Positions 1-11,383 are shown, counted from the first letter of the stretch. The stretch is 57,068 nt of DNA from Variovorax sp. (GCA_040003555.1 JBDUCH010000001.1:1-57068); one strand, 5' to 3'. A program made the numbers and translations. The notes: generated by a model not told the origin, from the letters alone.

Positions 1-77
1 GAAACGTTCGTTCGGCCCTATGGCAGCTCTTGGCAGCCCACAAGACCTCACAACAGGCGCCCGTCGGTCCCCTTCAA

Positions 78-1124
78 TCAATGCGGATGGGAATGTTGGT
101 GGTGGATGTCTGGGTAGTGCTCGTGGCTATGGGGCAACTGTTCATGGCGATGCCAGTGGGTGTGCGTCGCCGCTCCTGTGCCATCCGGATGAAGATGCCG
201 ATGGTGCTCGTCGTGTTCGTGTTCATGGCTGTGCTCGAGCGGCTCATGCACGTGCGGGTGGCCGTGTTGCTCGGTCAGGTGCAGCCATACGCCAAGAGTC
301 ATCAAAACGCTCGCGAGACTGAGCTGAAACGTAAACGGCTCGCCCATTAAGGCGATGGCCAAAACCGCTCCGAAAAACGGAGCAACCGAAAAGTAGGCGC
401 CGGTCCGCGCCGATCCGAGGTGCCGCAGCGCGACGACGAAGAGTACGAGGCTGGTCCCGTAGCTCATGAAGCCCAGCAGTCCGGCACCGGCGACCACTGC
501 GGTCGGCGGCCAAGCCGCGCCCGTGGCAACCGCCAGACCAAGATTCGTCGCGCCGGCCACGAGGCCCTTAGTCATTGCAATGAACGATGCGTCGGCGACC
601 GACACCTTGCGCGTGAGGTTGTTGTCGATGGCCCAAGCCAAGCAGGCTCCGAGCACCGCCAGCGATGGCCACAGGGCACCGACTCCCGCCTTGCCGGGCC
701 AACTGAGGATGACCGCACCCACCACGATGGCGACCATTCCCAGAGCAATGCGCCGGTCGAAGTTTTCCTTGAAGACGAACCAGGCAATGAGCGCGGTGAA
801 TACGCCTTCCGCGTTCAGAAGGAGCGAAGCGTTGGCCGCCGGCATTCCCGCGAGTCCCGTCATCAGCAGCACGGGCCCCAGCATGCCACCGGCCAGCACC
901 GCACCCGCAAGCCACCCGAGTTCAGCCGGATGGAGCCGAACTGCGGGCGCACGCGAAAGCAGGCGCCAGGCCCACAGCCCTGCACCGGAGCCCACGTAGA
1001 GCACACCGGCAAGCAACCAAGGACTTGCATGTGCGAGCAGAAGCTTTGCGAGGGGTGTTCCCGCGCCAAACAGCGCAGCCGCCCCGAGGGCCGCCAGAAC
1101 GCCGCGATGGGTAAGCGCATTCAT
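78..1124 (-). CDS. EamA/DMT family transporter with His-rich C-terminal tail
   Basis: About 10 hydrophobic segments in two EamA-like repeats (ASLLLNAEGVFTALIAWFVFKE; FSVAPFFGAVLAIALMGE). The last 62 aa contain 24 His. Start re-called at ATG 1124 (MNALTH). Confidence 0.85.
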   Translation of the reverse strand: MNALTHRGVLAALGAAALFGAGTPLAKLLLAHASPWLLAGVLYVGSGAGLWAWRLLSRAPAVRLHPAELGWLAGAVLAGGMLGPVLLMTGLAGMPAANASLLLNAEGVFTALIAWFVFKENFDRRIALGMVAIVVGAVILSWPGKAGVGALWPSLAVLGACLAWAIDNNLTRKVSVADASFIAMTKGLVAGATNLGLAVATGAAWPPTAVVAGAGLLGFMSYGTSLVLFVVALRHLGSARTGAYFSVAPFFGAVLAIALMGEPFTFQLSLASVLMTLGVWLHLTEQHGHPHVHEPLEHSHEHEHDEHHRHLHPDGTGAATHTHWHRHEQLPHSHEHYPDIHHQHSHPH

Positions 1125-1376
1125 TTCGTGCTTGTACTGCTTTTCTGGCCGGTTGACATGGGCCGAGGCCCGATGTCCGGAATGGGCGCGCGTGCGATGA
1201 TAGCGGCCGGCCGCCGTCGGCCCAAGACCGGTCACTCATGGGCCCGCTCGAAGAAGCAGCCCGGGCCTTCGTGCCCCTGTGCAACAAACAGTCGGCCTAC
1301 CGCGCCACCACCCCTAGGCCGTAGGACTTTGACCTGCGGCCGCTGGCCGGCAGGTGGCGCACCGCTCTCCATTTGT

Positions 1377-1630
1377 CTACTTGGCCGCGACATTCACTTT
1401 CGTCGCAGCCTGCTCGATAGCGCTGCTACTGCTTGTGGCTTGGACGCGCAGACTGCATGGCCGGTCCCCCTCTCGGCGACGGTTGCGCCCGCGCGCTTGG
1501 ACATGAGGCGATGAGCCGCTGGCGGAATCATCTTGCCGTCGGTTGCCACGAGGTACCAACTGAGTCTAGATTTCCAAACAGGCTTGCTGACCGCTCCACC
1601 GAGAGCGCCCACGGGAACCTGGCACCCGGC
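1377..1630 (-). pseudogene. 3' remnant of an alpha/beta-fold hydrolase gene, frameshifted
   Basis: One frame reads QVPVGALGGAVSKPVWKSRLSWYLVATDGKMIPPAAHRLMSKRAGATVAERGTGHAVCASKPQAVAAL. It continues in another frame near 1420 as IEQAATKVNVAAK*. This resembles the acid/His C-terminal part of Abhydrolase_6 proteins; the N-terminal part with the nucleophile is absent. Confidence 0.7.
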
Positions 1631-1688
1631 GTAAGCCCGTTCAAGTACTGGCGACGAACAAGGCCGTGGAAGTACACTCCTCGTGACC

Positions 1689-2078
1689 ATGCTCCGCCGC
1701 CGATTCCATCGCCTGACCACCGCGCTCTTCGTGGTGTTGTCGCTGCTGTTCTCGCAGCTGGCGTTGGCGAGCTACGTCTGCCCCGGTCAGAGCGACTCTG
1801 CCGCCATGGCGCAAATGATGGCTTCGGGCGAACCATGCGAAAGCATGGACCAGGCGCAGCCGGCGCTGTGCCATGAGCACTGCGCAGGAACCGCGCAGTC
1901 CTTCGAGGCCGTCAAAGTCCCGACGCCTTCGCTTCCGATGGTTGTTCAGGTGCTGCCGCTGCCGCTGGTGCTGGTGCTGGACGTCGCTGAGGCGGCTGCC
2001 GCCCCACTGTCGAACACGCTGGAAGCGCGCCCGCCTCCAGACCCTCTCTTTCTCGCCACGCTCAGACTGCGAGTCTGA
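1689..2078 (+). CDS. Small Cys/Met/His-containing protein preceding the Cu efflux operon
   Basis: N-terminal hydrophobic segment, YVCP, MAQMM, PCESMD, LCHEHC and a C-terminal RPPPDPLFLATLRLRV. Proteins of this kind often lead cop/cus operons. Alternative start GTG 1683. Confidence 0.7.
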   Translation: MLRRRFHRLTTALFVVLSLLFSQLALASYVCPGQSDSAAMAQMMASGEPCESMDQAQPALCHEHCAGTAQSFEAVKVPTPSLPMVVQVLPLPLVLVLDVAEAAAAPLSNTLEARPPPDPLFLATLRLRV

Positions 2079-2154
2079 CCTCTCCGTCGACTGACCGGCG
2101 TCGGTGCGGCTCGTCCGCTTGCCGACAACCGCCCCGTTTGTCTTCGGAGATTTC

Positions 2155-3387
2155 ATGCCAACCCACCTTCTGCGCTCGCTCGCCGTCGCCGCTGGAATCC
2201 TTCCGGCGCTGTCCTTGGCGGCGCCACTCACGCTCGACCAAGCCCTAGCGCTGGCGGTTCAACGTTCGGAGGCCACTCGCTCTGCGCGTGCCGGTACCGC
2301 AAGCGCCTATGAAGCCGCGCGCGCGGCAGGCCAATTGCCCGACCCGACGCTCAGCCTAAGCATCGACAACCTACCTGTGACGGGGCTGGACCGGTACAGC
2401 ACCACCGCCGACTCTATGACGATGAAGCGGGTCGGCATCAGCCAGGAATGGCTGTCTTCGGAGAAGCGCTCTGCTCGCGAAGCTGCCGCCCGGGCCGCTG
2501 TCGAGCGAGCGGCGGTCAATGAACAGTCGGCAGCCGCCGAGACTCGCTTGCAAACGGCGCTCGCCTACCTCGACGCCTACTACGCCGGCGAGATGCTGAA
2601 GCTCACAAGGCTCACCGAGCATCACCTTCATGAAGAGCTCGAAGCGGCCACGGGCCGTCTGGCGTCGTCAGCCGGCAGCAGCCAGGAAGCCCTTGCCATG
2701 ACCAGCGCAAGAGGCATTGCGGAAGATGAGTCGGCAGAGCTCCAGCAGACCCAGGCCGCTGCAACGGTCACGCTCCAGCGCTGGGTGGGCCAGCAAATCG
2801 AAGAACTCGTGCCGCCTATCCTGCCGACGCCGTCGGCCGAGCAAGCCTACGTCGCAGCGCATCCTGCCGTGTTGGCTGCTCAGCGTGACATCGAGGTAGC
2901 CCGTCAGGAGGCTACCGTCGCGGCCTCTAGACGCAAGCCGAACTGGACGTGGCAGGTCGCGTATGAGCAGCGCACCGGCTTCTCGAACATGGTGTCGTTC
3001 GGCGTGAACATTCCGCTGCCGGTCTCGCCCGCAGAGCGCCAAGACCGCGAAACCGCGTCAAAGCTGGCGCTCGTGGATAAGACCGAGGCGAGCCTTGGAG
3101 AAGCCACCCGCGCGGCAACAGCAGAGTTCCGCGGCCTTTCCAGCGACGCCCAGCGCCTTGCCGAGCGCATCGAGCGCTACCACGCAGCAGTCGTTGTTCC
3201 TGCTCAGCAGCGTATGCAGGCCGCGCTGGCGGGATACCGCTCGAACCAGGTGAGCCTCATGACGTTGTTCGAGGCGCGCCACGCCGAGGTAGGCGTACAG
3301 CGCAAGCTCCTCGCGCTGCAACGCGACTTCTCGAAGACGCAGGTCCAACTTGCCTACAAGCCACTCCTGGCAGGAGGTGCTGAATGA
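2155..3387 (+). CDS. cusC: TolC/CusC-like outer membrane efflux protein
   Basis: Signal peptide, GQLPDP motif and helical OEP character; first gene of the CBA triad. GGAGA RBS precedes ATG 2155. Confidence 0.85.
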   Translation: MPTHLLRSLAVAAGILPALSLAAPLTLDQALALAVQRSEATRSARAGTASAYEAARAAGQLPDPTLSLSIDNLPVTGLDRYSTTADSMTMKRVGISQEWLSSEKRSAREAAARAAVERAAVNEQSAAAETRLQTALAYLDAYYAGEMLKLTRLTEHHLHEELEAATGRLASSAGSSQEALAMTSARGIAEDESAELQQTQAAATVTLQRWVGQQIEELVPPILPTPSAEQAYVAAHPAVLAAQRDIEVARQEATVAASRRKPNWTWQVAYEQRTGFSNMVSFGVNIPLPVSPAERQDRETASKLALVDKTEASLGEATRAATAEFRGLSSDAQRLAERIERYHAAVVVPAQQRMQAALAGYRSNQVSLMTLFEARHAEVGVQRKLLALQRDFSKTQVQLAYKPLLAGGAE

Positions 3388-4883
3388 AGCGGGTTCATGT
3401 CGTTGTTCTGTCCTTGGTCGGCACGGCCGCCCTGGCCGGCGGCGGGTTCTACCTAGGCCGGCATACGCAGCTGCAGAGCGAACCGGCCGTGTCCAGCGTC
3501 CCTGCGACATCTTCTTCGGCGGAACGCAAGACTCTCTACTGGCATGACCCCATGGTTCCGGGTCCGCGTTTCGACAAACCAGGCAAGTCGCCGTTCATGG
3601 ACATGCAGCTCGTGCCGATGTACGCCGACGAGGCGAGCGAAACGGGTGTGAAGATCAGCCCGTCGGTCCAGCAAAACCTCGGCATCCGAACCGCCGCCGT
3701 GAAGCGTTCGGAGGTCTCAACGTCCTTCGACGCCGTCGGTACAGTGCAATTTGACGAACGATTGAGCGTAGCTGTACAGACGCGCGTCGCGGGGTTCGTC
3801 GAGCGACTTGCAGTTCGTGCGCCGATGGAACAAGTGCGCAAGGGTCAAGTGCTGGCGACCATCTTCGCGCCTGATTGGCTCGCCCCGCAGAACGAGTTGC
3901 TCGCATTGAAGCGAGCTGGCGTATCGCAAGACCTTGTCGCCGCAGCTCGCGAACGCATGCGCGCGATGTCCATCCCTGACACCCTCGTCCGTCAGAGCGA
4001 GGAGACGGGCACCGCACAGGCACGTTTTCAGCTTGTCGCCCCGGCAGGCGGCGTCGTTGCCGAGCTCGGCGTGCGCGAAGGCGTCGCGGTCAACCCGGGG
4101 ATGACGCTCTTTCGCATCGCTGGGCTTGAGAAAGTGTGGGCGGTCGCCGAGGTGCCGGAGGCACAGGCCGTGCGCCTGGCGCGGGGTCAGAAAGTGACGG
4201 CGGTCCTGCAGGCCGACACCACACAGACCTTCGGGGGCGAGCTCAAGGAGCTGCTTCCCCAGGTCAGCGCCAATACCCGCACGTTGCAGGCTCGCTTCGA
4301 GGTCGACAACCGGGCGGGCAAGCTCACGCCGGGCATGCTGCTGCGTCTGCAAGTGGCGGGGCCGTCGAGCGCCCGTTTGGTCGTTCCCTCGGAGGCGATC
4401 ATCCGAACCGGCACCCGCGCCGTGGCCATCGTGCGCAAGGATAACGGCTCGTTCGAGCCGCGCGAGGTGCAGCTCGGCGTGGACCAGGGCGATACAGTCG
4501 AAGTGCTGCAAGGCCTTAGCGAAGGCGACCAAGTCGTCGCGAGCGGTCAGTTTCTCATCGACTCCGAAGCGCGACTGAAGTCGGTGCTGGGTGCAATGAC
4601 TGCGGCAATACCCGCATCCGCGCCGCCACCTGCTGCGTCGATGCCCGCAGGAGTCCACGTCGGCGAGGGCAAGGTCGAAAGCGTCGAGCCCAGCGGCATC
4701 ACCATCTCGCACGGTCCCGTCGCGTCACTCAAGTGGCCTGCGATGACGATGGGCTTTGGCAAACCGAGCCCGAGTGCGTTCGCCGATGTGAAGCCAGGAG
4801 ACACCGTTCACTTCGAGTTCAAGCAAGGCGGCTCGATGGGCCATGAGCTTGTGTCAGTTCAACGAATCGGAGGCGCCAAGTGA
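3384..4883 (+). CDS. cusB: CusB-like RND periplasmic adaptor with fused C-terminal CusF domain
   Basis: N-terminal metal motif YWHDPM...[16 protein letters not shown] core, and C-terminal [22 protein letters not shown] overlap with cusC. Confidence 0.9.
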   Translation: MKRVHVVVLSLVGTAALAGGGFYLGRHTQLQSEPAVSSVPATSSSAERKTLYWHDPMVPGPRFDKPGKSPFMDMQLVPMYADEASETGVKISPSVQQNLGIRTAAVKRSEVSTSFDAVGTVQFDERLSVAVQTRVAGFVERLAVRAPMEQVRKGQVLATIFAPDWLAPQNELLALKRAGVSQDLVAAARERMRAMSIPDTLVRQSEETGTAQARFQLVAPAGGVVAELGVREGVAVNPGMTLFRIAGLEKVWAVAEVPEAQAVRLARGQKVTAVLQADTTQTFGGELKELLPQVSANTRTLQARFEVDNRAGKLTPGMLLRLQVAGPSSARLVVPSEAIIRTGTRAVAIVRKDNGSFEPREVQLGVDQGDTVEVLQGLSEGDQVVASGQFLIDSEARLKSVLGAMTAAIPASAPPPAASMPAGVHVGEGKVESVEPSGITISHGPVASLKWPAMTMGFGKPSPSAFADVKPGDTVHFEFKQGGSMGHELVSVQRIGGAK

Positions 4884-7800
4884 TTGCCGCAATGATTCGT
4901 TGGTCGGTGACCAACCGGTTCCTGGTGCTCATCGCCACGGCGTTCCTGGTGGCGGCGGGCACTTGGTCGGCGGCTCGGACTCCGGTGGATGCGCTTCCAG
5001 ACCTGAGCGATGTTCAGGTCATCGTGCGTACGACCTATCCCGGTAAGCCCCCACAAGTGGTGGAGGACCTGGTCACGTATCCGCTGACGACCACGATGCT
5101 GAGTGTCCCGGGGGCGAAGACAGTGCGCGGCTACTCGTTCTTTGGCGACTCCTTCGTCTACGTCCTGTTCGACGACAAGACCGACCCATACTGGGCCCGG
5201 TCGCGTGTGGTTGAGTACCTGAACCAAGTGCAGAGCAAGTTGCCGCAGGGCGCAACCGCCGCGCTCGGCCCCGATGCCACGGGCGTCGGTTGGGTCTATG
5301 AGTACGCCCTCGTGGACCGGAAGGGAAACGCCGACATCGGGCAGCTTCGAGCCCTCAACGACTGGTTCCTCAAGTTCGAGCTGAAGACCGTCCCGGATGT
5401 TGCGGAGGTCGCCAGCATCGGCGGCATGGTGCGGCAGTACCAGGTGGTACTGGACCCGAACCGGATGCGCACCCTGGGCGTCACTCAGGGCATGGTGACG
5501 CAAGCGCTGCAGAAGGCCAACCAGGCCTCCGGCGGCTCGGTGGTCGAGCTCGCCGAGGCAGAGTACATGGTCCGCTCGCGTGGGTTCCTGAAGTCGCTCG
5601 ATGACTTTCGGTCCATTCCCCTCGCCGTGTCCGGTGCGACACCGGTATTGCTAAGAGACGTGGCCACGATTCAGATTGGGCCCGAGATGCGGCGCGGCAT
5701 CGCCGAGCTGGATGGCGAGGGCGAAGTCGCGGGCGGTGTCGTGGTCATGCGCTCTGGCAAGAACGCCAGAACCACCATCGAGGCGGTCAAGGCGAAGCTG
5801 GCTGCGCTGAAGCCGAGCCTTCCACCGGGCGTCGAGGTCGTCGAGACCTATGACCGCTCCAAACTTATCGACCGCGCTGTCGATAACCTGCGGGTGAAGC
5901 TGGTGGAGGAATTCATCGTCGTCGCACTGGTCTGCGCGGTGTTTCTGTTCCACGTTCGGTCCGCATTGGTGGCTGTGGTGACGCTCCCAGTAGGGGTCCT
6001 GGTAGCCTTCATCGTGATGCACTGGCAAGGGGTCAGTGCGAACATCCTCAGCCTCGGCGGCGTCGCCATCGCCCTCGGCGCCATGGTCGACGCGAGCGTG
6101 GTCATGGTCGAGGCCGCGCACAGGCACCTGGAGCACTTCCAGGACCAGCATGGACGCCAGCCGACGGCGGTCGAACGGTGGTCACTGGTTGCGGAGTCGG
6201 CGGTGGAGGTGGGGCCGGCGCTGTTCTTCTCGCTGCTAGTCATCACGCTGTCGTTTCTTCCTGTCTTCACGCTCGAAGCGCAGGAGGGGCGTCTGTTTTC
6301 TCCACTGGCGTTCACAAAGACCTACGCAATGGCTGCGGCTGCCGGCCTGTCGATAACCCTGGTGCCGGTGCTGATGGGCTACCTCATCCGGGGGCGAATC
6401 CCGAAGGAGACGGCCAACCCGGTGAATCGCTTTCTCATCGCCGTCTACCGACCCGCATTGGAGGTCGCGCTGCGCTTTCCGAAGTCGACCCTTTGGGTCG
6501 CGGCCCTCGTGCTGGCGGTCACTGCCATACCGGTGATGCGTCTGGGCGGCGAGTTCATGCCGCCGCTCGACGAGGGAGACCTTCTCTACATGCCCTCGGC
6601 CTTGCCCGGGCTCTCGGTCTCGAAGGCGTCCGAACTGCTCCAGCAGACCGACCGCCTCATCAAGACGGTGCCTGAGGTGGAGCGGGTCTTCGGAAAGGCG
6701 GGGCGAGCTGATACGGCGACGGATCCGGCTCCGCTGGAGATGTTCGAGACGACCATCCAGTTCAAGCCGCGCAAGCAGTGGCGTGCGGGCATGACGCCGG
6801 AGAAATTGGTCGAAGAACTCGACAGCGTGGTCAAGTTGCCGGGGTTGTCCAACGTCTGGGTACCGCCCATTCGCAATCGCATCGACATGCTAGCCACCGG
6901 CATCAAGAGCCCGGTGGGCATCAAGGTGGCGGGCACGGACCTCGCCACCATCGACCGCCTGACCACGCGGATTGAAGCCGCGGTGAAGTCTGTCCCGGGG
7001 GTCTCCTCCGCGCTGGCGGAGCGCCTGACAGGAGGGCGCTACATCGATGTCGAGGTGGACAGGCTCGCTGCTGCGCGCTATGGCCTTGCCGTGTCCGATG
7101 TCCAAGCGGTCGTTTCGACCGCCATCGGCGGCGACAACGTCGGCGAAGTCATCCAGGGACGAGAACGCTTTCCCATCAACGTGCGCTACCCGCGCGAGAT
7201 TCGGGACTCCCTGGAGGGGCTGCGGCAACTTCCGTTTGTGACTGATAAGGGCGCAACGGTGTTGCTTCAGGATGTGGCTCGCATTTCCATCGAGGAAGGA
7301 CCTCCCATGGTGCGCAGCGAAAACGCTCGACTGTCCGGGTGGGTCTATGTCGACGTGCGTGGGCGCGACCTGCGGTCAGTGGTGAAGGACATGCAATCGG
7401 CCGTCGCGGAGCAAGTCGCAATGCCCGCCGGGTATGCGGTGTCCTGGTCCGGTCAGTTTGAATACCTCGAGCGAGCGTCGGAAAGGCTGAAAGTCGTCGT
7501 CCCGGTGACGCTCGCCGTCATCTTTGTGCTGCTCTACCTGCTCTTCAGGTCATTCATCGATGCGACGCTCGTGATGGCGGCTGTGCCGTTCTCGTTGGTC
7601 GGCGGGTTCTGGCTGGTGTTGGCACTTGGGCATGCCGTCTCCGTTGCCACCGCGGTGGGTTTCATCGCCTTGGCTGGCGTTGCCGCCGAGTTCGGCGTCG
7701 TGATGCTGGTCTACCTCAAGAACGCTCACGCCAAGCGTCTCACGGCCGGCGAGCCCGACAGTGAAGAGACGCTGCTCGCTGCCATCCGGGAGGGCGCCGT

Positions 7801-8056
7801 GTTGCGCGTGCGTCCTAAGGCCATGACTGTGGCCGTCGTCATGGCCGGCCTGCTTCCCATCCTCTTCGGCAGCGGCACAGGCTCTGAAGTCATGACACGG
7901 ATTGCAGCACCGATGGTGGGCGGCATGGTCACGGCTCCGTTTCTCAGCATGCTGGTCATTCCTGCCGCCTGGTACTTGGCACGCCGACGCCGCGTCGGGC
8001 GGGTGACCGCACCTTCCTCCCCAGACGTGGCCGCGATGGCGACGGCCGCGCGCTGA
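4880..8056 (+). CDS. cusA: CusA/SilA heavy-metal RND efflux permease
   Basis: 1058 aa with [45 protein letters not shown] and RVRPKAMT, including the CusA Cu-binding Met motifs. Confidence 0.95.
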   Translation: MIAAMIRWSVTNRFLVLIATAFLVAAGTWSAARTPVDALPDLSDVQVIVRTTYPGKPPQVVEDLVTYPLTTTMLSVPGAKTVRGYSFFGDSFVYVLFDDKTDPYWARSRVVEYLNQVQSKLPQGATAALGPDATGVGWVYEYALVDRKGNADIGQLRALNDWFLKFELKTVPDVAEVASIGGMVRQYQVVLDPNRMRTLGVTQGMVTQALQKANQASGGSVVELAEAEYMVRSRGFLKSLDDFRSIPLAVSGATPVLLRDVATIQIGPEMRRGIAELDGEGEVAGGVVVMRSGKNARTTIEAVKAKLAALKPSLPPGVEVVETYDRSKLIDRAVDNLRVKLVEEFIVVALVCAVFLFHVRSALVAVVTLPVGVLVAFIVMHWQGVSANILSLGGVAIALGAMVDASVVMVEAAHRHLEHFQDQHGRQPTAVERWSLVAESAVEVGPALFFSLLVITLSFLPVFTLEAQEGRLFSPLAFTKTYAMAAAAGLSITLVPVLMGYLIRGRIPKETANPVNRFLIAVYRPALEVALRFPKSTLWVAALVLAVTAIPVMRLGGEFMPPLDEGDLLYMPSALPGLSVSKASELLQQTDRLIKTVPEVERVFGKAGRADTATDPAPLEMFETTIQFKPRKQWRAGMTPEKLVEELDSVVKLPGLSNVWVPPIRNRIDMLATGIKSPVGIKVAGTDLATIDRLTTRIEAAVKSVPGVSSALAERLTGGRYIDVEVDRLAAARYGLAVSDVQAVVSTAIGGDNVGEVIQGRERFPINVRYPREIRDSLEGLRQLPFVTDKGATVLLQDVARISIEEGPPMVRSENARLSGWVYVDVRGRDLRSVVKDMQSAVAEQVAMPAGYAVSWSGQFEYLERASERLKVVVPVTLAVIFVLLYLLFRSFIDATLVMAAVPFSLVGGFWLVLALGHAVSVATAVGFIALAGVAAEFGVVMLVYLKNAHAKRLTAGEPDSEETLLAAIREGAVLRVRPKAMTVAVVMAGLLPILFGSGTGSEVMTRIAAPMVGGMVTAPFLSMLVIPAAWYLARRRRVGRVTAPSSPDVAAMATAAR

Positions 8057-8089
8057 AACCAATTTTCAACTTCAAGAAAGGCCTTCGAC

Positions 8090-8428
8090 ATGAAGGCAAC
8101 TCATATCCTCGCCGCAGTCCTGACGCTTACAGCGGTTCATCAAGTCAACGCTCAGAGCACGTCTATGCCGATGAAGGCGGCGCCTGCCCCGGCAGCCGCC
8201 TCGATGCCGCTCGTTGCTGGTGAAATCCGGAAACTCGACCCGGTGACCGGCCTCATCGTGCTCAAGCATGAGGACATCCCCAACCTCGGCATGCCGGGCA
8301 TGACGATGGGCTTCGATGTCGCCGACAAGAAAATTCTCGATGGCCTGAATGTCGGCGACAAGGTGCGCTTTCGGGCAGAGATGCTGAAGGGCAAGGCGAT
8401 GGTCACAGAGCTGAAAGCCAGCCGCTAG
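8090..8428 (+). CDS. cusF: CusF-like periplasmic Cu/Ag chaperone
   Basis: Signal peptide and LKHEDIPNLGMPGMTMGF (H..M..M.M) in an OB-fold-like sequence. Confidence 0.88.
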   Translation: MKATHILAAVLTLTAVHQVNAQSTSMPMKAAPAPAAASMPLVAGEIRKLDPVTGLIVLKHEDIPNLGMPGMTMGFDVADKKILDGLNVGDKVRFRAEMLKGKAMVTELKASR

Positions 8429-8749
8429 GTCGTTGGTCTGACGGGCTCGTGCCGCCGCGTCACGCGAGCGATCGCTTCCGAGAAGGTCGAGTGACCGGAC
8501 CGGGCGCAAAGCCGACATGAGTCCGCACATCGTACGGGCAGGATATTGCGCTTTTACGTCCGTCGACTCGATTCCGCCTTGTTCAGCCGATCCTGCTCAA
8601 TCCGCCTCGCTGGTGCGCGACCAGCGTTCCACTTTCCTTCTTCGATGCTGTGCGCTACGTAGATTGCAAAGGTTGGGTGATTCATAGCGTGCGCTGGGTC
8701 TGACGCGTGACGGCGGTGATTGCAGTCCCGGCACGTAGCTCTGCTGTGG

Positions 8750-11383
8750 TCACCTCGTGGCCGCCTCGGGAAACGTTGTCATCCGGCAACTGTTGCGGCC
8801 AGCCGCCTTGGCTTGGTAGAGCATCTCGTCCGCCTTCTGCGTGAGCTGTTTCGGGGTTGATCCTTCTCCCTCGTAGTAGGCGACCCCTACGCTTGCGCTG
8901 ATGCTCAGCGTCTGGTCGTCGAGAACGAAGGGATCGCTCATCTCCTTCAGGATCTTCTCCGCGATGGCGCGCGCGTCGTCCGGCGTGCGCAGGGCGTGCA
9001 GGATCACGGTGAACTCGTCGCCGCCCAGGCGCGCAACGAAATCCGCAGCGCGGGCCGCACGCAAAAGGCGGACGGCCACGGCGCGAAGCAGCGCGTCGCC
9101 GCAGAGGTGCCCCCAGCGGTCGTTGATCTGCTTGAAATGGTCGATGTCGATGTACATGAGTGCCATGGGCGCAACTTCCGCCGCGCCAGCGGCCATCGAC
9201 TCGGCAAGGCGTTTCTCGAAGGCGCTCCGGTTGCCCAGTCCCGTGAGCGGATCCTGGTTCGCCAGTTGAACCAGTCGCCGTTCTTCGCGCTTCTGGCGAG
9301 TGATGTCGGTGATGACCGCATGAAAGCCGATGATCGTGTTCCCATCGGCGCCTCTCTGGGGAATGTAGTTGGCCTCGTAGCAGACATGGTCTGTCGCTGT
9401 GACGACCTCGTTCTGGAAGGTCACGGATTCGCCGGCTAAGACCGCCTTCACGTGCGGCTCGATCGCGCGATAGGCCGTTTCACCGAGGAGTTCCTGGATG
9501 GTGCGCCCCGGTATGGCATCGCGGCTTAAGCCGAACGTCCCCTCGTAGGCGCGATTGGCGAACTGGTAGTGCTGGGATGCATCGACGTAGGCCACCCGCA
9601 TCGGCAGCGCGTCTGCCATCGTGCGCAGGCGGGCTTCGCTTTCCGAGAGCGCCCGCTCCGTGGCCTTGGCCGCTGAAATGTCGCGCATGATGCCGGAGAA
9701 GCGCTCGAGCTTCCCGTTCTTGTCACGGTGGGCAATGACCAGGTGGCTCACCGGAAACGCTTGATGGTCGGCATTCCAGATGTTCGATTCCCCGACCCAC
9801 ACGCCGGTCTTCACTGCCGTGGGAACCACCTCGCTGTAAAGGCGCGCCAGCGTTTCGGGCGGATTGAAATCGGCCATCTGAAGATGCGCGATCGACGCGC
9901 CGAGTGGCGTGCCCGTGCAACGGCGCGCCGCGGGGTTCATGTAGGTCAGATGTCCGGCGGTGTCCAACTGGACGACGTAGTCCGGCGTGGCTTCGAAGAT
10001 GGCAGTGAGTGTGCGCAGCGCCTGTTCCGCATGAGATCTCTCCGTGATGTCCGACAACGTGCCCACCTGTCCGACGACACGGCCGTCAGCGAGTATCGGC
10101 CGCATCTGCAGAGATATCAGCACCGCGACGCCGTCGCGGCGCTGCAACCGCTGCGTGAGCCGGTATGCCTGATTCTTCGTGACGAGATCCTGCCAGTCTT
10201 TCCATACCTGGGGCTGGATGTCTTCCGGGATCAGGCTCAACCAGCCCTTCGACGCCTCGCTCCGATCCAGCCCGTGGATTCGCAGGTAGGCGTCGTTGAC
10301 GTACACCATCGTGCCCTCGGCGTCGGCGCGGAAAAGGCCCAGCGGGGACGCATCCATCACGGCCGCCATCTCGGAGCGCTTGTCGCGCAGATCGCGCATC
10401 AGGGCGTCGAACTCGCGCGCGAGATCTCCGCGCTCGTCGCTCGCCCGGATATCGAGTGCGACATCGCCGTCCGGCGACTGGCGCAACGCCTTGATGGCCT
10501 TGTGCAGCTTGCCCATCGGGTGCATGAGCCACACCGTACCGGCCCACACTAGCACGCTGCAGACCAGTGCCAGCAGAAGCATCTGGCTCAGCAATGTGCT
10601 GCGGGCTGCCGTCAGCGGCGCGTACGCTACCCGGGCGGGCAGCACCAGGCGCAATGTCCAGCCGGTGGTCGGGAGAGAGGCGCTGGTGACCAGGCCACCG
10701 AAGCCATCCGCCGCCTCGACCGAGGCGGGCTGCAGTACCTGCGTCGGATCCGGATGAACGATGTAGACCGGATCAGGCCCTGCCGTTTCAATGACATAGT
10801 GGCCACCGCCCCCCACGTGAGCCCGTGCGAGGTCGCCGAGGACGTTCGGCCGCGTGAGCTCGAGGCCCGCGCCAAGAAAGCCCACAACGCGCGCGTCGCG
10901 GTCTTTCACGGGCACGACGATCACGACCGCGGGTTGGTCGGTGGTGCGCGCCCGCAAGGGCGGGGATATGGCGGTGATCCCGCCGTTGCGAGCCCGCTGA
11001 AAATAGTCCCGGTCCGCGATGCTCACCGCCTTCGCGTTCGGCGGATCGTTGGCGACGATGTTGCCGTCGGGCGCGATCAGGGCAACGCCGTCGAAGGTCG
11101 CTCGCAACCTGCTCTCCCGGAGAAAGCGTTGCTGCGCTTCTGCCGTACCGAAGGTTTCCGAATTGGCGCCGCGGGCTTCGCGCGTCAGCAGATTGAGGTG
11201 CGTCCCGATCCTGTAGTCAACGCCATCGGCAGCCAGTTGGGTCATGGCTTGCTGCTGCTCCTGCATCAAGCTCACATACTTGCTGGAGAGGCTTCGGTAC
11301 TGCCATGCCGCTGCTGCGCCCACGATCGCAAGCACGAGCGAGGTCGTCAGCATCGCTGTCTTGGTCGGCAAGGTCAGACGCAT
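8750..11383 (-). CDS. Membrane diguanylate cyclase (dCache-HAMP-3xPAS-GGDEF)
   Basis: TM, ADRDYF Cache motif, TM, HAMP, three PAS-like repeats, DPLTGLGNR, and RAAD I-site before GGDEF. Start taken as ATG 11383; the ORF is open to 11467. Confidence 0.9.
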   Translation of the reverse strand: MRLTLPTKTAMLTTSLVLAIVGAAAAWQYRSLSSKYVSLMQEQQQAMTQLAADGVDYRIGTHLNLLTREARGANSETFGTAEAQQRFLRESRLRATFDGVALIAPDGNIVANDPPNAKAVSIADRDYFQRARNGGITAISPPLRARTTDQPAVVIVVPVKDRDARVVGFLGAGLELTRPNVLGDLARAHVGGGGHYVIETAGPDPVYIVHPDPTQVLQPASVEAADGFGGLVTSASLPTTGWTLRLVLPARVAYAPLTAARSTLLSQMLLLALVCSVLVWAGTVWLMHPMGKLHKAIKALRQSPDGDVALDIRASDERGDLAREFDALMRDLRDKRSEMAAVMDASPLGLFRADAEGTMVYVNDAYLRIHGLDRSEASKGWLSLIPEDIQPQVWKDWQDLVTKNQAYRLTQRLQRRDGVAVLISLQMRPILADGRVVGQVGTLSDITERSHAEQALRTLTAIFEATPDYVVQLDTAGHLTYMNPAARRCTGTPLGASIAHLQMADFNPPETLARLYSEVVPTAVKTGVWVGESNIWNADHQAFPVSHLVIAHRDKNGKLERFSGIMRDISAAKATERALSESEARLRTMADALPMRVAYVDASQHYQFANRAYEGTFGLSRDAIPGRTIQELLGETAYRAIEPHVKAVLAGESVTFQNEVVTATDHVCYEANYIPQRGADGNTIIGFHAVITDITRQKREERRLVQLANQDPLTGLGNRSAFEKRLAESMAAGAAEVAPMALMYIDIDHFKQINDRWGHLCGDALLRAVAVRLLRAARAADFVARLGGDEFTVILHALRTPDDARAIAEKILKEMSDPFVLDDQTLSISASVGVAYYEGEGSTPKQLTQKADEMLYQAKAAGRNSCRMTTFPEAATR

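Noticed and set aside
8470-8545. GGGCGCAAAGCC resembling part of a c-di-GMP-I riboswitch
   Set aside because: No upstream GGCAAA/GNRA stem or tetraloop receptor is visible, and it lies between convergent gene ends. An Infernal RF01051 search would settle it.
8554-8685. 43-aa minus-strand ORF (MNHPTFAIYVAHSIEEGKW...)
   Set aside because: No clear RBS and no recognisable homology.
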